A program made the translations under genes and the position numbers. Under the pieces are notes generated by a model that had not been told where the DNA came from, made no database searches, and was given only the letters and a program-made list of their open reading frames with translations. From a virus, in the IMG/VR virus record IMGVR_UViG_3300000970_000007, positions 89,311-121,014 of that record: a stretch of 31,704 nucleotides of DNA; one strand, given 5' to 3'. Positions 1 through 8,907 of the stretch are shown here, in pieces (position 1 is the first letter of the stretch; each line of letters starts with the position of its first letter).

Positions 1-1134
1 ATCAAAGGTAGTAATCATGAGTTTGTGGAACTGTGGTTAAATTATAAGCACTCTCAACATGCAGTTAATAACTTTGGACAATCAATACTAGATAAAGAGC
101 AAAATGGTAGAATTTATACCTCTTTTAATCCTATATTAGACACAGCTAGAATATCTACTAGAAGTGGAGGTATAAATTTTTTAAATTTTCCAGCTAAAGA
201 AACTACTAGGTCAGCTATAAGGTGTAAAGATGGAAATAAAATAATTGTTTCAGATTACTCTGGACAAGAAAACTTTGTTGGGGCAGACTTGCATCAAGAC
301 CCAATGCTAATGAAGTCCATACATGAAGGCTTAGACTTGCACTGTGCTTTTTCAAGGTTAATCTTCCCAGAGTTAAAAGATTTGAGTGATGAAGAAATTA
401 TTAAAAACCATTCTAAAAAAAGGAAGTACAGTAAAGCCCCGAGATTCCTCAAATCGTATGGCGGGGCGGCTTATACAATGTCTAAAAACTTGAATATTGA
501 CATGAAAGAAGCTCAAAGGTTATCCGATTTATTTGATGAATTACATGCGGGTATTTATGCATGGGGAGATGAAGTATATGCAGAATCTATAAAAAAAGGT
601 TACATAGAATCTGCTGGAGGGTTTAGACTACACTTACCTTATTTTAAACAGTTTAAAGAGAACCAAGCAAAAATTGAAGATTTAACAAGATCATTTTGGC
701 AAGACTATAAAATAGGTAAAAACCAAAATAAAAATAGGTTAAAAGAAGATTATAATGGTCCTGAAAAAATGTCAACTGAAGAGGAGTTATATTTAGCTTG
801 GAAAAACATTATATCTAAGTCAGCAAAAGATAGATCAAGTTATATGAGACTTTGTCTCAATAATCCGATCCAGTCCACATCAGCACATCAGACAAAGCTT
901 GCAAATATACTTTTATTTAAACATATTGAAAAAAATAACCATTATGGAAGAGTTTTAATATGTAATGCTGTCCATGATGAAATTGTGATTGAAGTAGAGG
1001 AAGTGTTAGCAGATGAGTATAAAACTGTTTTAGAACAGTCAATGAGAGAAGGTGGTGACTATTTTTTAACTAGTGGAAAATTAAAGATGGAAGCGGATGC
1101 TAATATTGGTATGGATTGGGAAGAAGCAAAGTAA
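1..1134 (+). CDS. polA: DNA polymerase family A, C-terminal polymerase domain (5'-partial)
   Basis: Frame is open from base 1. Motifs TARIST, motif A DYSGQE, motif B RKYSKAPRFLKSYG (Phe at the 762-equivalent position), NNPIQS and motif C VHDEI. Confidence 0.96.
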   Translation: MKGSNHEFVELWLNYKHSQHAVNNFGQSILDKEQNGRIYTSFNPILDTARISTRSGGINFLNFPAKETTRSAIRCKDGNKIIVSDYSGQENFVGADLHQDPMLMKSIHEGLDLHCAFSRLIFPELKDLSDEEIIKNHSKKRKYSKAPRFLKSYGGAAYTMSKNLNIDMKEAQRLSDLFDELHAGIYAWGDEVYAESIKKGYIESAGGFRLHLPYFKQFKENQAKIEDLTRSFWQDYKIGKNQNKNRLKEDYNGPEKMSTEEELYLAWKNIISKSAKDRSSYMRLCLNNPIQSTSAHQTKLANILLFKHIEKNNHYGRVLICNAVHDEIVIEVEEVLADEYKTVLEQSMREGGDYFLTSGKLKMEADANIGMDWEEAK

Positions 1135-1152
1135 AAAAATAATAATAATAAA

Positions 1153-1788
1153 ATGAGTGATGAAAAAGTTTGTAGTGAGTGTAAAGTAAAAAAATCTATT
1201 GAAGAATTTTCTAAAAATAGAAGTAGACCTGATGGTATAAGGACTACCTGTAAGAAATGTGATTCAACACGGATTTTCAATTATAGAAGAACAAAAGTAG
1301 GTTTAATTACCAAAATGATGCATAGCATGCAGGGTAGGAAAGCTAGAAATCCAGGCTTCGAGCCAAATTTTTCTAGGAAAGAGTTATTAGAATGGGCTTT
1401 ATCACAAGAAGTGTATCATACTTTATATGAAGACTATGTAAATTCAAACTATGATAGCAATAAAAAACCGTCTATTGATAGAATAGATGATTATAAAGGT
1501 TATACTTTTGATAATATACAATTAATGACATGGGAAGAGAACTTTAAAAAAAGTAGAGAGGATATGAAAAGTGGTAAAAATAATAAAACTGGTAAACCTA
1601 TTATACAACTTTCATTAGAAGGCTTAGTAATAGCTGAACATTTTTCAATAAAATCTGCTGGACGTAAGTTAGGTGTAAATCATAAGGGTATATCCGAATG
1701 CTGTAATAATAGACAAAAAACCGCAGGAGGATTCAAATGGAAATTTAAACATAAAGAATCAGTTAAAGATAAACATAACCTAACATGA
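1153..1788 (+). CDS. Free-standing HNH-type homing endonuclease with N-terminal zinc finger and C-terminal NUMOD1 HTH
   Basis: CSEC...CKKC zinc finger, PSIDRIDDYKGYTFDNIQLMTWEEN His-Me-finger-like core, and KPIIQLSLEG...SIKSAGRKLG...ISECCNNRQKTAGGFKW NUMOD1-like tail. Lies directly after polA. Confidence 0.8.
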   Translation: MSDEKVCSECKVKKSIEEFSKNRSRPDGIRTTCKKCDSTRIFNYRRTKVGLITKMMHSMQGRKARNPGFEPNFSRKELLEWALSQEVYHTLYEDYVNSNYDSNKKPSIDRIDDYKGYTFDNIQLMTWEENFKKSREDMKSGKNNKTGKPIIQLSLEGLVIAEHFSIKSAGRKLGVNHKGISECCNNRQKTAGGFKWKFKHKESVKDKHNLT

Positions 1789-1955
1789 CATTACAAGAAC
1801 TAGAAAAAGAATTAATAATAAAAGCATTGATTAAAACAAAAGGAATTATGACAAAAGCACATAAGTTATTATACCCAAATAACTCTAAATCCATAGACTC
1901 TTTTCACAAAACAATACATAGAAAGCACAACATTAACCCTAAAAACTATAACTAA
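1785..1955 (+). CDS. 56-aa Fis/NtrC-like HTH protein (not in ORF track)
   Basis: ATGA overlap with the upstream stop. MTLQELEKELIIKALIKTKGIMTKAHKLL resembles the Fis-type HTH_8 pattern. Ends 2 nt before the next ATG. Confidence 0.65.
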   Translation: MTLQELEKELIIKALIKTKGIMTKAHKLLYPNNSKSIDSFHKTIHRKHNINPKNYN

Positions 1956-1957
1956 CC

Positions 1958-2278
1958 ATGAGCGGAGGATCATTTGAATGGAATCAATATCGTATAAATG
2001 ACATTATAGAATATCTACAAGAAGAAATAGATAGAAATGGAAAAGAGATTCCAATAGAAGAAAGGACCATGTCTCAAGAGTACTATAATAAGTACCCAGA
2101 AGAAGGTTTCTACACAGAACATTCTGAAAAAGTTTTAGAAATAATGAAAAAAGCAATAGGAAAGTTAAAAGAATCGTTTATATTTGCACAGAGGTTAGAT
2201 TGGTATTTATCTAGTGACGATGGAGAAGAGAGTCTAATTAGAAGATTAAACGAAGAACTAAAAGATTTAGAAATATGA
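1958..2278 (+). CDS. Hypothetical phage protein
   Basis: 106-aa ORF with tight packing and ATGA overlap with the next gene. Confidence 0.8.
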   Translation: MSGGSFEWNQYRINDIIEYLQEEIDRNGKEIPIEERTMSQEYYNKYPEEGFYTEHSEKVLEIMKKAIGKLKESFIFAQRLDWYLSSDDGEESLIRRLNEELKDLEI

Positions 2279-3270
2279 ATAAAATAAAAAAAGTACCATT
2301 AAACAGAATTCTATTCTTTGATATAGAATGTGCTTCAGCAAATGAGCAGTTAGAGTTAGATAGCAAAGAGTATGAATTATTTGAATATCAAAATAGAGAT
2401 AGAGTAACAGGTGATTTTTTACCTAGTGAAGAACTACAAGACCTCTACAAGAAAACAGCAGCTCTAAGTCCTATTTTCGGTAGAGTAGTTTGTGTAAGTA
2501 TAGGTTTTATACACGACGATACTATCCATATTAAATCTATAAAAGGAGAAGAGTCTGATATTATAGAAGAGTTCTACAGTTTAATAAAACCAGGAACTAT
2601 ATTAGCAGCATTCAACGGTTGTCAATTTGACACTCCATATTTAAGGATTCGTGCTCAAAAACACAACTTACAACACTTGATTCCTGAAAACATAGATGAC
2701 AGTGGGTTAAAAGAGTGGAATTTAACAGAGAAAAACTATAAAGTAAACTATATAGAAATAATGAATCTGTTTAAAGGAACAATGTTTAGAAACATGAGTT
2801 TAGATTCAGCTTGTTATATTAATGGAATAGACAGTCCTAAAAACGGAGAAGTTTCTGGACATAATGTAAGTAAAGCATTTTACGAAGGTAGAATTGATGA
2901 AATAGTAGACTATTGTAACCAAGACATTGTAGCAACTATAAACCTATTTTTAAAAATGACTTCTAGACCGATTATAGAAAATGTAGTGGTGAGAGGTGAA
3001 GAACAAAAAGAAGACTTACAATCTATAGAAATTGACATTTTAGAATTACTTTATACTAACAAAGATTTCAATGATGAAGTTAAGATAAAAGTAAAAGAAC
3101 ATGTTTCTAAAGTAAAAATGACCAAAAAAGATTGGGTATTCTTAGAAACTTGCTTATATTCGCTGTATATAAACACAAAGATAATGCATAAAGATGCTGA
3201 TAGTAAAAAAGCATTAGTAGAAAAGAAAGAAGAGATTAGTAAATTTATAGAAGAAATTAAAAATAAATAA
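2275..3270 (+). CDS. DEDD 3'-5' exonuclease related to the PolB exonuclease domain
   Basis: ExoI FFDIEC, LSPIFGRVVCVSIG, ExoII FNGCQFD and ExoIII YCNQD. Confidence 0.85.
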   Translation: MNKIKKVPLNRILFFDIECASANEQLELDSKEYELFEYQNRDRVTGDFLPSEELQDLYKKTAALSPIFGRVVCVSIGFIHDDTIHIKSIKGEESDIIEEFYSLIKPGTILAAFNGCQFDTPYLRIRAQKHNLQHLIPENIDDSGLKEWNLTEKNYKVNYIEIMNLFKGTMFRNMSLDSACYINGIDSPKNGEVSGHNVSKAFYEGRIDEIVDYCNQDIVATINLFLKMTSRPIIENVVVRGEEQKEDLQSIEIDILELLYTNKDFNDEVKIKVKEHVSKVKMTKKDWVFLETCLYSLYINTKIMHKDADSKKALVEKKEEISKFIEEIKNK

Positions 3271-3272
3271 TT

Positions 3273-4169
3273 ATGAATGTATTATCATTGTTTGATGGAA
3301 TGAGTTGTGGACAAATAGCATTGAATAGAGCTAACATACCTTATAATAAGTATTATGCTAGTGAGATAGAGGAATCCTCTATAAAGGTAGCTTTAGATAA
3401 TTTTCCAAGTACTATACAAGTAGGGGATGTTAGGGACCTAGAATCTGATAGTATAGACGATATAGATTTATTAATAGGAGGTAGCCCTTGTCAAGGTTTC
3501 AGTGTGTCTGGTAAGAGAAAAGGCTCAACTACTAAAGAAGGAGTTGATGTAATATCCTTAAATCAATACTTAACTTTAAAGGAATTAGGATTTGCTTTCG
3601 AGGGGCAATCTTACTTGTTTTGGGAGTATGTACGATTACTAAAAGAACTAAAACCTAAGTATTTTCTATTAGAAAATGTTAGAGTATCTAAAAAATGGCT
3701 ACCAATGTTTAATGAGACTATGGGTGTAGAAGGTGTTTTAATTAACTCTAATACTTTATCTGCTCAAAATAGACCAAGGTATTATTGGACTAACATCCCT
3801 AACTTCACTATACCAAGTGATAAAAACATAACTTTAGAGTCTATACTAGAAAATAAAGAATCTGAAAAACCATTGTCTCCTTATATGTCTAACGAATTTA
3901 ATGGTGTGAGTAGATTAGATAAAGGTATATTTAATTTTTTTGATAAAGATAAAGCATGTTGTTTAACTAGAGGTTCTGGGCACGGTAATAAACTTATAAT
4001 TAATAGAAAGGAAAGTACCTTTAGAAAACTCACTAGAAATGAAATGGAAAGGTTACAAACAGTACCCGATAACTATACTAAATCAGTTAGTATTAATAAA
4101 GCAGGAAATATGCTTGGTAATGGTTGGACAGTTGATGTAATAGCTCATATTTTTAAAAATTTAAAATAA
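3273..4169 (+). CDS. C5 DNA cytosine methyltransferase
   Basis: Motif I LSLFDGMSCG, catalytic GGSPCQGFS, ENV, QNRPRYYW and C-terminal GNGW. Confidence 0.95.
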   Translation: MNVLSLFDGMSCGQIALNRANIPYNKYYASEIEESSIKVALDNFPSTIQVGDVRDLESDSIDDIDLLIGGSPCQGFSVSGKRKGSTTKEGVDVISLNQYLTLKELGFAFEGQSYLFWEYVRLLKELKPKYFLLENVRVSKKWLPMFNETMGVEGVLINSNTLSAQNRPRYYWTNIPNFTIPSDKNITLESILENKESEKPLSPYMSNEFNGVSRLDKGIFNFFDKDKACCLTRGSGHGNKLIINRKESTFRKLTRNEMERLQTVPDNYTKSVSINKAGNMLGNGWTVDVIAHIFKNLK

Positions 4170-4171
4170 CT

Positions 4172-4948
4172 ATGAAAATTAAAAAAGTAATATTACCAAA
4201 AATTTACAACGATCCTGAAGGTAACTATCCTGAATACAAAGGATTACCTAAAGTATCATATTCTCAACTAACTTCTTTTAAAGATGAAAAGTACTTAGGA
4301 GATTACATAGCTAATTACTTTATAGGACTTCCTTCAGAGGGTAATGTATTCAGCTCTTATGGGAGCTCAGTGGGAAATTACCTTGAATACAAAGGACAAA
4401 ACAACTTAGAAGGGCTTAAAAAGTTAATAAAAGATGGTAAAGAACCAGATCACTTAGCTTTGTTATCCGATTATGATATTGAAATTTTAAATAATGTGTA
4501 TTTACCAGAAGGAAGTCAATATGAATTTGAAATAGCAATTGATTTAAGACCATTTGGAGTAGAAGCAGTTATGCAAGGGTTTATTGATTTATTAGTATTC
4601 GATACTGAAGATGAAGTAAGGGTGATAGATTTCAAAACAGGTAACATAACTAAAAAAGTTGAATTTTACTCTGGAGAAGAATACTATCAAACTCGTCTTT
4701 ATGCATACGCTCTTGAAAAACTAGGATTTAAAATAAACTATTGTGGAGTAGAGTTGTTATCAAGAAAGGGTAATGGTATGGAAAAATACCCTTTAAGACT
4801 AGAAGATAAGTCAGAAACTATATCAACACCTTATATTAAAAAACAAGTAGAGAATAAGTTAAAAGAAATAGCAAAGACTACGATTGAAATTTCAGACATG
4901 TATAAATCATATAATAAAATATTTAAGAATGAAAAGAACAATAACTAA
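4172..4948 (+). CDS. PD-(D/E)XK nuclease (RecB/Cas4-like exonuclease)
   Basis: SYSQL near the N-terminus, GFIDLL...VIDFKTG and QTRLYAY motifs. Confidence 0.85.
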   Translation: MKIKKVILPKIYNDPEGNYPEYKGLPKVSYSQLTSFKDEKYLGDYIANYFIGLPSEGNVFSSYGSSVGNYLEYKGQNNLEGLKKLIKDGKEPDHLALLSDYDIEILNNVYLPEGSQYEFEIAIDLRPFGVEAVMQGFIDLLVFDTEDEVRVIDFKTGNITKKVEFYSGEEYYQTRLYAYALEKLGFKINYCGVELLSRKGNGMEKYPLRLEDKSETISTPYIKKQVENKLKEIAKTTIEISDMYKSYNKIFKNEKNNN

Positions 4949-5213
4949 TAATAAATTTAAAAATGTCTTTTCAAACTTTGTTGGGAAAAGCCTAGTTAAA
5001 AAGGTAGGAGGCAAAGCTTGTTATTTAGATAGTAATAAAATTCTATGGAAATTTATAAATAGTGAGTGGAAAGGAAAAAGAAGCGTTTGGACTCAAGATT
5101 TTAGAGCGTGTTGGCTAGAAGATATCAGAGATAAAGATGTTAATTCTTGGTGGTGTGGAGGTAAAAATGCTAATTATTCAGAAGAATTTTACTACCCTAC
5201 AACTATAAATTAA
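4929..5213 (+). CDS. Hypothetical protein
   Basis: ATG at 4929 overlapping the previous gene is preferred over the track start at 4884. Confidence 0.6.
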   Translation: MKRTITNNKFKNVFSNFVGKSLVKKVGGKACYLDSNKILWKFINSEWKGKRSVWTQDFRACWLEDIRDKDVNSWWCGGKNANYSEEFYYPTTIN

Positions 5214-5222
5214 AAAAAAATT

Positions 5223-5570
5223 ATGAAAACAATAACATTAGAAGGAATAGAATATAATCTAGTTCCAGTAAAACAAGAAAAAAAGGAATATTCAAAATTT
5301 ACTTTGGTTAAAGAATGTATGACAGATTGTGGTACATTTACTTTTCAACTGTTACTGAAACAAGACGGAAGTGTATGGGAAGGTACTGAAGCTATAGTTT
5401 ATAAAAGAGGTAAAGCAAACGAGGAGGACTATTGGGATAACAGTGGTTTAATTAGAGATTGGTTGAATCAAGATACTGAAAGTGAAGTACAAGTTGAAAG
5501 AGACTTACCAGAAGGTGAGATAAATCTATTAAATGAATTAAGAGATAAAGTAAATGAATTAGGGTGGTAA
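5223..5570 (+). CDS. Hypothetical protein
   Basis: 115-aa ORF with an A-rich leader. Confidence 0.8.
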   Translation: MKTITLEGIEYNLVPVKQEKKEYSKFTLVKECMTDCGTFTFQLLLKQDGSVWEGTEAIVYKRGKANEEDYWDNSGLIRDWLNQDTESEVQVERDLPEGEINLLNELRDKVNELGW

Positions 5571-5610
5571 AATAAAAATAAATTAATTTTAAATAAGAGA
5601 TATTTTTTAT

Positions 5611-5618
5611 TATCTTTG
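5611..5618 (+). promoter_or_regulatory. Bacteroidota-type -7 promoter element for nrdB/nrdA
   Basis: TATCTTTG matches TAnnTTTG in the intergenic gap upstream of nrdB. Confidence 0.65.
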
Positions 5619-5652
5619 TAGACACTAAAAATTTAAATAATATAATAACTAT

Positions 5653-6663
5653 ATGGGATTAACAGATTATAGACAAGCTTACAAACCTTTTGAATACCCA
5701 GAACTAGAGGACTTCACAGATGGTATTAGAAATACTTATTGGTTACATACTGAGGTAGATTTTTCAAGAGATGTGCAAGAGTTTGAAACGCAACTTACAG
5801 ATACTGAAAAATATATAGTAGGTACAATATTAAAAACGTTTGCTCAAACAGAAGTGCACGTAGCTGATGAATTTTGGTCTAGAATTTACGATTATTTACC
5901 TAAACCAGAAGTGTTTGAAATGTGCTCAACCTTTACTGAAAATGAGTTGAGACATAGCTCTGCTTACAACAGACTTAATGAAGTTTTAGGGTTAACTGAC
6001 TACGAAACTTTTTTAGAGGACGATGTGGCTAGTAGCAGAATTGGTAACTTAATGAAAATTAGAAAAAATATAGAAGGTAAAGCTTCTGTAAAAGATATTT
6101 GTAGAACTTTAGCTATCTTCTCAGGTTTTGTAGAGAGTGTTAATTTATTTTCTCAATTTGCAATATTAAGATCTTTTAGTTCTAATGGTCGCAACTTATT
6201 AACTAATATAGCTGATATAATTGATTGGAGTCAATTAGACGAGCAAATACATGGTCAAGGAGGTCTTTATTTATTTAATAAACTAAAAGAAGAGAACCCA
6301 GAAATATGGGATGATGAATTTAAATCTGACATATACCAAGCAGCTAGAGTTACTTATGATATAGAAGTTAATTTGATAGATCAAATATTTGCAAAAGGAG
6401 AATTACCAAATTTAAGTAAACTCACTCTTCTTAATTTTATGAAGAACAGGATAAATTTATCTCTTAATATAATGGGTTTGAAGTCTATATATAACATAGA
6501 CCAAGAACTACTGTTAGAGATATCTTGGTTTGAAGATAATTTTAAAGCTGTAAGCCATAAGGATTTCTTTTCTAAACGTCCTTCTGAATATACAAAAGGT
6601 TTAGTAGCTTTTGATAAAAACACTGTTAGAGTAAGTAGAGAAGAGGTTTTAAAGATAAAATAA
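5653..6663 (+). CDS. nrdB: Ribonucleotide reductase class I beta subunit (class Id/NrdBi-like)
   Basis: YKPFEYP, W.HTEVDF, metal ligands QTE, ENELRHSSAY, VESVNLFSQF and DEQIH, and C-terminal DFFSKRPSEY. Confidence 0.95.
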   Translation: MGLTDYRQAYKPFEYPELEDFTDGIRNTYWLHTEVDFSRDVQEFETQLTDTEKYIVGTILKTFAQTEVHVADEFWSRIYDYLPKPEVFEMCSTFTENELRHSSAYNRLNEVLGLTDYETFLEDDVASSRIGNLMKIRKNIEGKASVKDICRTLAIFSGFVESVNLFSQFAILRSFSSNGRNLLTNIADIIDWSQLDEQIHGQGGLYLFNKLKEENPEIWDDEFKSDIYQAARVTYDIEVNLIDQIFAKGELPNLSKLTLLNFMKNRINLSLNIMGLKSIYNIDQELLLEISWFEDNFKAVSHKDFFSKRPSEYTKGLVAFDKNTVRVSREEVLKIK

Positions 6664-6667
6664 TAAT

Positions 6668-8374
6668 ATGAAAGATTGGATAAAAGGAGAAGACTATCCC
6701 TATTGGATGGTTGAAAGGTCTATAATGACTTTAAAAGGAGGTTATTTAGTAGGGGAAGAAACTCCAAAAGATGCTATGTATAGAATAGCTAGAAGAGCTG
6801 GTGATATTTTAGGTATGTCTAAGGTAGTAGAACCTATATTTAATGCAATTTGGAACGGTTGGATATGTCCTAGTTCTCCTGTTTGGAGTAACTTTGGTAC
6901 AGAAAGAGGTTTACCTATATCTTGCTTTGGTATTAGTTTACCTGATTCTATATCTGGTATATTTAGTGGAGTATCAGAGATAGCTAAAATGTCACAAGTA
7001 GGGGGAGGTTCTTCTATATTTTTAGGAAACATTAGAGAAAGAGGTGCTAAAATATCAGGTGGTGGAGTTTCAAATGGTGTAAAACCTTTTATTCAACCTT
7101 TTGATACTACTATAAATATTGTTAGTCAGGGGCGGACAAGAAGAGGAAGTGTCGCAGGTTATTTACCATTCTCACACCCTGATTTACCAGAATTTCTAAG
7201 AATTAAGACAGTAGGAGATCCTGTACAAGATGTTTTCCCTGCTGTTACTATGAAGAAAGAGGATTATGAAAAAATATACAATGGAGATACTGCTGCATTG
7301 CAAAATTGGAGTAAGATTTTAGAATCTAGAAATGCCACAGGAGTCCCTTATTTACATAATTTAGAAAATGTTAATAATGGTAGTACTACACCACCTTGGT
7401 ATGGATACGATACGGATTATGAAGTAGTTAGTTCAAACCTTTGTAATGAAATAAATTTACCTTGTGACGATGAAGAAAGTTTTGTTTGTTGTTTACTTTC
7501 TATGAACTTGTATAAATGGGAAGAGTGGAAAGACACTAAAGCAGTTAGAGGTGCTATTTATTTGATGGAAGCTATAATGCAGGATTTCATAGATAAATCA
7601 AAAGGTGTTGAAGAATTAGACAGAGCTAGAAGATTTGCAGAAAGACATAGAGCATTAGGGTTAGGAGTCTTAGGTTGGCATAGTTTTTTACAAAGCAAGT
7701 CTCAACCTTTTACGGGATTCTATGCTACTAATATGACAAAACAAATAATGTCTAGTATACAAAGTAAAGCTATTAGAGCAAGTGAAAAGTTAGCTGACAA
7801 ATTTGGTAATTGTGAAGTAGTAGAGCAGTTTAATTTAAAAAATGGTACAAGTTATAAAAGAAGACACACTTCTTTAATGGCGGTAGCTCCTACAACTTCA
7901 AATGCTACGATAGCTGGAGGAATAAGTCCAGGTATTGAACCTTGGGTGTCTAATTACTTTGTTTTAGGAGGAGCTAAAGGTAACTTTACAGTTAAAAATG
8001 AAGAGTTAGAGAGGCTTCTAATTGAAAAAAATAAGAACACTAAGGAAGTTTGGGATAGTATTAGAGATAGTAGTGGTTCTGTTCAACATTTAGATTTTTT
8101 AGATTCTGAGGAAAAACAAGTGTTCTTAACCTTTGGAGAGATTAATCAATTTGAATTAGTGAGACAAGCGGCTTTGAGGCAATCGTTTATAGACCAAGGT
8201 CAAAGTTTAAATGTTAAAATAGACCCTTCTACAGATCCAAAAGAAATAAGTAAGTTATATTTATTAGGATATGAACTAGGGATTAAAGGTTTTTACTACC
8301 AACGTTCTGAAAATAACCTTAGAGGAGGAATCAGTACTATGGATGCAGAATCCTGTGTATCTTGCTCAGGATAA
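6668..8374 (+). CDS. nrdA: Ribonucleotide reductase class I alpha subunit (short, no ATP cone)
   Basis: PSSPVWSN, ISCF, SQGRTRRG, SNLCNEI, VCCL, APTTSN, DQGQSLN, KGFYY and C-terminal CVSC. Confidence 0.96.
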   Translation: MKDWIKGEDYPYWMVERSIMTLKGGYLVGEETPKDAMYRIARRAGDILGMSKVVEPIFNAIWNGWICPSSPVWSNFGTERGLPISCFGISLPDSISGIFSGVSEIAKMSQVGGGSSIFLGNIRERGAKISGGGVSNGVKPFIQPFDTTINIVSQGRTRRGSVAGYLPFSHPDLPEFLRIKTVGDPVQDVFPAVTMKKEDYEKIYNGDTAALQNWSKILESRNATGVPYLHNLENVNNGSTTPPWYGYDTDYEVVSSNLCNEINLPCDDEESFVCCLLSMNLYKWEEWKDTKAVRGAIYLMEAIMQDFIDKSKGVEELDRARRFAERHRALGLGVLGWHSFLQSKSQPFTGFYATNMTKQIMSSIQSKAIRASEKLADKFGNCEVVEQFNLKNGTSYKRRHTSLMAVAPTTSNATIAGGISPGIEPWVSNYFVLGGAKGNFTVKNEELERLLIEKNKNTKEVWDSIRDSSGSVQHLDFLDSEEKQVFLTFGEINQFELVRQAALRQSFIDQGQSLNVKIDPSTDPKEISKLYLLGYELGIKGFYYQRSENNLRGGISTMDAESCVSCSG

Positions 8375-8406
8375 ATAAAGAGATTACTCATCGTTTATTT
8401 ATTTTT

Positions 8407-8445
8407 ACCACCTACCATATTTAATTGGCTAGGTGGTTTTTTTTT
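8407..8445 (+). terminator. Intrinsic terminator after nrdA
   Basis: ACCACCTA...TAGGTGGT stem followed by a T run. Confidence 0.8.
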
Positions 8446-8466
8446 GAATTTTATTTTAATTTTATA

Positions 8467-8496
8467 TTGATTAATTAAATAAAAGTGTTAGATTTA
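8467..8496 (+). promoter_or_regulatory. Bacteroidota-type promoter
   Basis: TTG-N19-TAGATTTA, one mismatch to TAnnTTTG. Confidence 0.55.
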
Positions 8497-8512
8497 CAGA
8501 AAAATAACAATT

Positions 8513-8686
8513 ATGATCAAAGAAACAACCAAGATAACTTTAACAGAAAAAGATATTAAAATATTAGTAGCTGAAAAATTTAACTTAGACATTGATAATA
8601 CAACTGTTAGCGTTAGTCATTACCAAGGAGACCAAAGGGAACCTAGTTATACTAATATTATTGTAGAAGGTGTTAAAAATAAATAA
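8513..8686 (+). CDS. 57-aa hypothetical protein (not in ORF track)
   Basis: MIKETTKITLTEKDIKILVAEKF...; follows the promoter and an AATTATG leader and ends 2 nt before the next ATG. Confidence 0.7.
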   Translation: MIKETTKITLTEKDIKILVAEKFNLDIDNTTVSVSHYQGDQREPSYTNIIVEGVKNK

Positions 8687-8688
8687 GT

Positions 8689-8907
8689 ATGAACAAAACA
8701 TTAAAAAAATTAAATAAAAGAACAGATGAAGTTCATAAGTTGTTTGAAGAACTATCTAGAGTAGATAGTAAGAAAATAGATGAAGAATTTATGACAGATT
8801 TATCAGTAATATTAAGTTCTTTAAAAGAAGATATAGATGATATGACTTTGGTATTTTTCCCAAGTCCTTATGAAACATTTTTAAAGAAAATAGAAAATTA
8901 TGAGTAA
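8689..8907 (+). CDS. Hypothetical protein
   Basis: 72-aa ORF overlapping the next start. Confidence 0.7.
   Translation: MNKTLKKLNKRTDEVHKLFEELSRVDSKKIDEEFMTDLSVILSSLKEDIDDMTLVFFPSPYETFLKKIENYE

Noticed and set aside
1-1134. Z-genome (DpoZ/PurZ) system suggested by polA plus a MazG-like gene
   Set aside because: No purZ or datZ is present in the window, and both genes are common in ordinary phages.
4172-4948. CRISPR-Cas system suggested by the Cas4-like nuclease
   Set aside because: There is no repeat-spacer array or other cas gene, and the Cas4 Fe-S cysteine set is not evident. Such nucleases are common in phage replication modules.
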